NCBI GenBank assembly: GCA_012295275.1
Contig: CM022678.1
Coordinates: 19,406,001 to 19,470,000, forward strand
DNA: 64,000 nucleotides
Reading direction: 5' to 3'
Source of the DNA: Chrysomallon squamiferum
Taxonomy: Eukaryota; Animalia; Mollusca
The notes beneath the pieces are model-generated. The model saw nothing but the letters and a program-made list of their open reading frames with translations. It was not told the DNA's origin and made no database searches. Shown here piece by piece: positions 58,678-64,000 of this stretch. The position numbers were made by a program, and so were the translations under genes. Numbering within the stretch: position 1 is the stretch's first letter; each line of letters opens with the position of its first letter.

Positions 58678-59901
58678 ATGAAAGATTTCATCTTCAAAAT
58701 GGCTGAGATAGATAAAGAGAATCTCACCCACACAACAGTCACCAGTCTTTCCGTCACTCAGTCCGTGTCTTTCGCCAAACTTGCGCACAACGAAACCCGG
58801 GACGCGTCTGCTGCTGACAGCCTGGCAACTCTCGCAGCCACGAGATTCGTCATTCAGAAGGTCTTGGTCCCCGTCGTCGTATTCCTCGGCGTTCTGGGCA
58901 ACACCGTCAACATGGTCATCCTGACACGACGCAGCATGAAGTCCTCGATGAACTGCTACCTCACCGCGCTGGCGGCCTTCGACGTCCTCTACCTGCTCTT
59001 CAGTCTGACGCTGAGTCTCGTCCACTATCCTGCGTTCAGCAACCACTCGATGTACATCCACTGGTTTCCGTACGGCCGCGTTTTCACCGACATGACGGCC
59101 AACGTTTCCGTGCTGCTGACCGTGACCTTCACCATCGAACGCTACATCTGCATCTGCCTGCCGCTCAAAGGGAGAACGCTCTGCACCGTACAGAGGGCCA
59201 AAGTGACCACGGCCGTCGTCGCTGCCGTTGCTGTTCTCTGCACCTTGCCCGAACTGTTCGAAATGACGGTCGTGCAGAATAAGAAAGACATTGCGTCACT
59301 TCCCGTGGCGGAGTACACCGAATTTGCCATGACGTACGGTTACAAAATGGGTTACTACTGGTTCTTCGTGACCGTTTTCACGTTCGTTCCGCTCATTCTG
59401 CTGTGTGTTTTCAACGGCATTCTCATGCAGTCTGTGTACCAAGCGAGTGAAATACGGCGTCAGATGACTCACGTTTCCCCTAGCGAACGGCACAGGAAAA
59501 CCAACCCTTTCGCCTCGGAGCAACAGAAGATCACGAAAATTCTGATCACCGTCGTGCTTGTTTTTCTCCTCTGTCAGATTCCTGGAGCCGTCCTCCTCCT
59601 GTACAGCAGCTACGTCGAACTCTCGGACTCCGAGTTCACGCTCACGACGAGAAACGATCTGAGAATCGCGGGAAACTGCACGAACCTGCTCGTGCAGATC
59701 AACGCGTCCATCAACTTCGTCCTGTATTCCGTACTGAGCACGAAGTTCAGAAAGCTCTTTTGTCGAATGATGTGCAAAGTGAGAAACCAAAGTGCTGGCT
59801 CCAAAAACTCCGACTACACGGCTCTCTACGTGCCTGGGTCCGACGTAGTCTTGTCGTTGAAACTTCGCCGTAAACAGTATCTCAGACACAACAGTATCTG
59901 A
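58678..59901 (+). CDS. Rhodopsin-like (class A) GPCR, FMRFamide/sex-peptide receptor-like; 7TM region in one exon
   Basis: 407-aa GC-rich ORF with seven hydrophobic segments and class A motifs: LGVLGN (TM1), YLTALAAFD (TM2), [12 protein letters not shown] (TM3), TLPELFE (TM4), [11 protein letters not shown] (TM5), FLLCQIP (TM6), NASINFVLY (TM7), KFRK (helix 8). N-glycosylation sequons NLT and NET in the N-terminus. The start may instead be 58699 (caaaATGg); acceptor at 58650-58651. Confidence 0.92.
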   Translation: MKDFIFKMAEIDKENLTHTTVTSLSVTQSVSFAKLAHNETRDASAADSLATLAATRFVIQKVLVPVVVFLGVLGNTVNMVILTRRSMKSSMNCYLTALAAFDVLYLLFSLTLSLVHYPAFSNHSMYIHWFPYGRVFTDMTANVSVLLTVTFTIERYICICLPLKGRTLCTVQRAKVTTAVVAAVAVLCTLPELFEMTVVQNKKDIASLPVAEYTEFAMTYGYKMGYYWFFVTVFTFVPLILLCVFNGILMQSVYQASEIRRQMTHVSPSERHRKTNPFASEQQKITKILITVVLVFLLCQIPGAVLLLYSSYVELSDSEFTLTTRNDLRIAGNCTNLLVQINASINFVLYSVLSTKFRKLFCRMMCKVRNQSAGSKNSDYTALYVPGSDVVLSLKLRRKQYLRHNSI

Positions 59902-59980
59902 ATTGTCATCTCTGCACCCAGCTGTCTCTTAATCTTTCTTCTTATACTATATGGATAGGGATGTATGTGCATGATTCTGA

Positions 59981-60086
<106 letters not shown>

Positions 60087-60176
60087 CGTGAAGAATCAAA
60101 TGCAGAAAACTGAACATGAACAAGAACAGTAGAATCTGGCTGTAAATCAGAATGTAAGTATGAAACATTATTTATT

Positions 60177-60257
<81 letters not shown>

Positions 60258-60831
60258 TTCATTACTATTATTATTATTTTTTTTTTTTTTTTTTAATTGT
60301 TTTATTATCTTACTTTATTGTGGTTCCCCTCTCATACAAGTGCTCTTAACTGTGCTGTAATAACATATAACTAATAACTGTTGTAAACTGCTGTAAAGAG
60401 ATTTTCTATGTTGTTCATCATTATATATAGACACTACACAATGGAGATATATATATATATATACACACACACATATACATACATATAAACACAAAAGACG
60501 TTATATCAAGAATTCATTATATTAAAGTATATACACAAGACAAGCGTTTAATCATATACACAAATAAACATGTATATGTATGTATATACACACACACACA
60601 TACACACACATCGTCAATACAATATTAAACACATATATTTCAACATATATAAATACCTGGATCCGTACATACGTATATACATTCAGGATTTCCAACATAA
60701 AAAAAAATGCATGCACACGCATAAATAAACAAATTATATATATATATATAACAGAAATGATTTATTTTGTAACCTTTGGTAATAAAATACAGTTTTTAAT
60801 GAACAAAATTATTATAATTAATATTATGTTT

Positions 60832-60970
<139 letters not shown>

Positions 60971-61780
60971 TATTACTGTCGTTGTCGTGGATGTTGATGC
61001 TGAAATGCTGATGACAGAATTAATAATAACAACAAACCCATATATTAAATAATGCATCCATTTTATTTTAATCAGTATGATGAACCGTAACAATTTCATT
61101 TTAAACTATATCATTATTTATACAACAAAGATGTATATGTTTATATTCAAAAAATCATTTTCATCAGATGTACATTTAAAATAGTTCTTGTGCTGATGTT
61201 TGATTCAAACAGTATATGAAATATAATCAATATTGCAAATAAAAAATAAATAAATAAATAAATAAATACAAAATAAATAATAAAGTCTGTTCACTGAAAT
61301 ATGATATCATTAAAATTTGTATATTATTATTTTTATTATTCCTGTTTTTTATTTTTATTGTCGTTGTTATTGTTGTCACCATCTTCGTTAACTATGATTA
61401 TGTTATCAGTCTGAATATATATGATTCAGTATAATTTAAAAAAACAAAAAAAACGAAAAAACAATACAAGTCTAAATTAGTATCATGGAACATTATGATG
61501 TTAGTTAAATACTGCATAAATGTTTTAAATAAAACAAAATACTACAGATTTGTAAAGCAGTTCTACTCTCATGAGCTGTGAAAAGTATACATTACTCACA
61601 AAGAACAACAGTAAAGAACAGTGATTTTAGACTCAATATTGTAAATTCTTCATTTAGGAAAAGGCAATATTGAAATCGTTTTCAGTTATCAATTATTTGG
61701 TTCAAAAAAAAAAAAAAAAAAAAGGATAAAAAAGAAAAATATATATATATAAAGAAAACTGTATGATTTGACTTTTCTAT

Positions 61781-61861
<81 letters not shown>

Positions 61862-63375
61862 TAAATAAATAAAAATAATAATAAAACTAAAATATAAGAT
61901 AATTTAACTATGTTCAAAGACAAATCCAAGAATCGTTACCAACGAATATAGAAGAATCAAAGAAACAAATATATAAATTTACATGTCATTTATTTTTTCA
62001 GAAGCAACACTATTCTTTATCTTGGTTAAAAATATCTTCCTGAAACTGATCTGCGAAGACCCAGAACTAATATTTCTAAAACCGTATGCAAATGAGAACA
62101 CGTGTCTACAATGATCTAAATATTTGGAAATATGTATATTATGATATATTAATTCGATTTCTATAACGAGAAAACAAATGACTGAATTTTATGCAAAATG
62201 CAAATGGTCAGAATTAAGACAAGCCAACAAAGCTGACTGGTGCTGTTTAAGAGAAAACAAACGAGTGAAGCGGAAATATTTACATGTACAAATCAATATA
62301 AACTTAGACTCCGAAAAATCAACAAATAACTTTATTGTGATCTTTATTCCAGTGACTCTGCAAATTCCACCTTCGCAGGTCATGTCTGAAAAAAACTACG
62401 TTAACATTAAAAATAAATAAATAAATAAATAAAATCCTTACTCATTTGGCCTATACCAGTATAAAATTGTGAAGTAATTCAAAGGAAGACATTTTTAATA
62501 AAACTTGCATTAACACGATATTTGATGATGCGATCGCTTAGATTGAGACAACAAAACAACAGCTGAATTACAGACATATTATTATGCTTTAGAATCAGTC
62601 GGTAACTATTCAGGTAGAAACAATAACCTTCGAAAACGAAGAAAAAACAAAGCGTTAGCACTGAATGAAGTGAACTCTTAGAAAGAAAAACAGCATTTTA
62701 ATTCCAATGGATGGAAATATCTGACGACAGTGATATAAAGATTTGTATTCTATATTCTACGATAACCAACTTTCAAAACATAAACGGAAAAAAACAAATC
62801 AGTAAAGTTTTATACAAAACGCAAGTGATGAGAATAAAAGCTATCTGTCGAAGATATGAGTGAAGTGAAATTTCGTGCATGTACAAATACACATATCTAG
62901 ACAATAATATAAGTAAAAGTAATATACAGAAAATACATATTTGGGAAAACTGCTGCAAGATATCATTCATACACATCTATATCAGTAACTCTTCACATAC
63001 ATTTACAGTTCTCAAATAAAAAATGTACAGAAAGTAGATACGTGAAAATTGGAAAGAAAGAAAAACTTACATGATATCGCTCTGTTATCACTACTCATTT
63101 TCATTCTGTCTCTTAATACGAGAGTTGTTTCGGAGATTCTTTACGTATTTCAATAAAAACAATAACAATAACAGATTAAAAACAGTTTAAAAAATCAAAA
63201 AAATGAAAATAAATTGCAAACCTCAGTGATTCTAGTTAGTATAAAACCATTTATGTATCATAATAAAGGCAACTAAGACAAAACGAAAAATAAATTAAAA
63301 TAGCCGTACATACATACAAGATGCAAATAAATTTACAGAAAAAACTTACAGTTGAAGGTAATTACTTATAAATGC

Positions 63376-63461
63376 ATACCACTTCATAACACTCACTGTC
63401 TATCTAGCAAAACTGAAATACCACTTCATAACACTCACTGTCTATCTAGCAAAACTGAAAT
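63376..63461. repeat. Perfect 42-bp tandem duplication (2 copies)
   Basis: ataccacttcataacactcactgtctatctagcaaaactgaa at 63376 and 63418. Confidence 0.95.
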
Positions 63462-63802
63462 GGTCTGGATAAGAAAAAGAGGTCATTGCTTCTTAACGCT
63501 ACAGATTAGATGTCATGGAGACAAACCATCCTAGATGATCAAAATGAATGAGTACAAAGAGCTTTTTACATTTAGAAATCCAGAGAACTATAAAACAATG
63601 CAACTAAAAGTAATATTCACAGGAAAACTGTATTTACAGAACTGAACCCAATGAAAGGATTATGGGAAGACATTTGTACGTATGTCTTCACTTGAAATCA
63701 TTCATATATTTCCACCTTTATCTCTTTGGAATTAGTGTTATAATATTTATTTATTTATTTATTTTTTATTTATTTATTTATTAAAATTTATTTTTATTAT
63801 TA

Positions 63803-63857
<55 letters not shown>

Positions 63858-64000
63858 TTTTGCTCTATATTCTATTTTCTTTCCAGATAAAATTAAGACA
63901 AACAAATAAACAGAAAAAAATAATAATAATAAAGAATTAACACATAAACAATTTAATGTTAATAAGCCAGTTTCACAGTTAATGACTGATTTAGACATTT

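Noticed and set aside
58648-59889. Antisense ORFs over the GPCR (137, 197, 62 and 64 aa)
   Set aside because: Shadow frames expected from GC3-rich codon usage; no recognisable motifs.

Overview
AT-rich, microsatellite-dense animal genomic DNA (invertebrate, probably lophotrochozoan/mollusc-like; this is inference) with two 200-N scaffold gaps (1722-1921, 36856-37055). The main content is a minus-strand tandem cluster of five paralogous ~2.1-kb coding exons. Each encodes a TTC22/IFIT-like TPR solenoid fused to a C-terminal TIR-like domain whose first strand and helix resemble TICAM (TRIF/TRAM) TIRs. Copies A (11.4-13.5 kb) and C2 (47.8-49.9 kb) are intact. B1 and B2 are pseudogenes sharing two stops and a frameshift. 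C1 is frameshifted, possibly by sequence error. Every copy starts at a homologous phase-1 splice acceptor and has its own conserved AATAAA, but no first exon is evident. Region 23.7-36.9 kb is nearly repeated at 37.1-50.5 kb across the gap, most likely as two haplotypes. The spacers are mosaics of degenerate 150-350 bp modules. The cluster is bracketed by a ~600-bp inverted repeat with an invariant CRE-containing 30-mer. A class A GPCR of the FMRFamide/sex-peptide receptor-like group lies at 58.7-59.9 kb (+), and fragments of another spliced gene may lie at 0.1-1.7 kb. Family assignments come from remembered motifs compared by eye, not from database searches.
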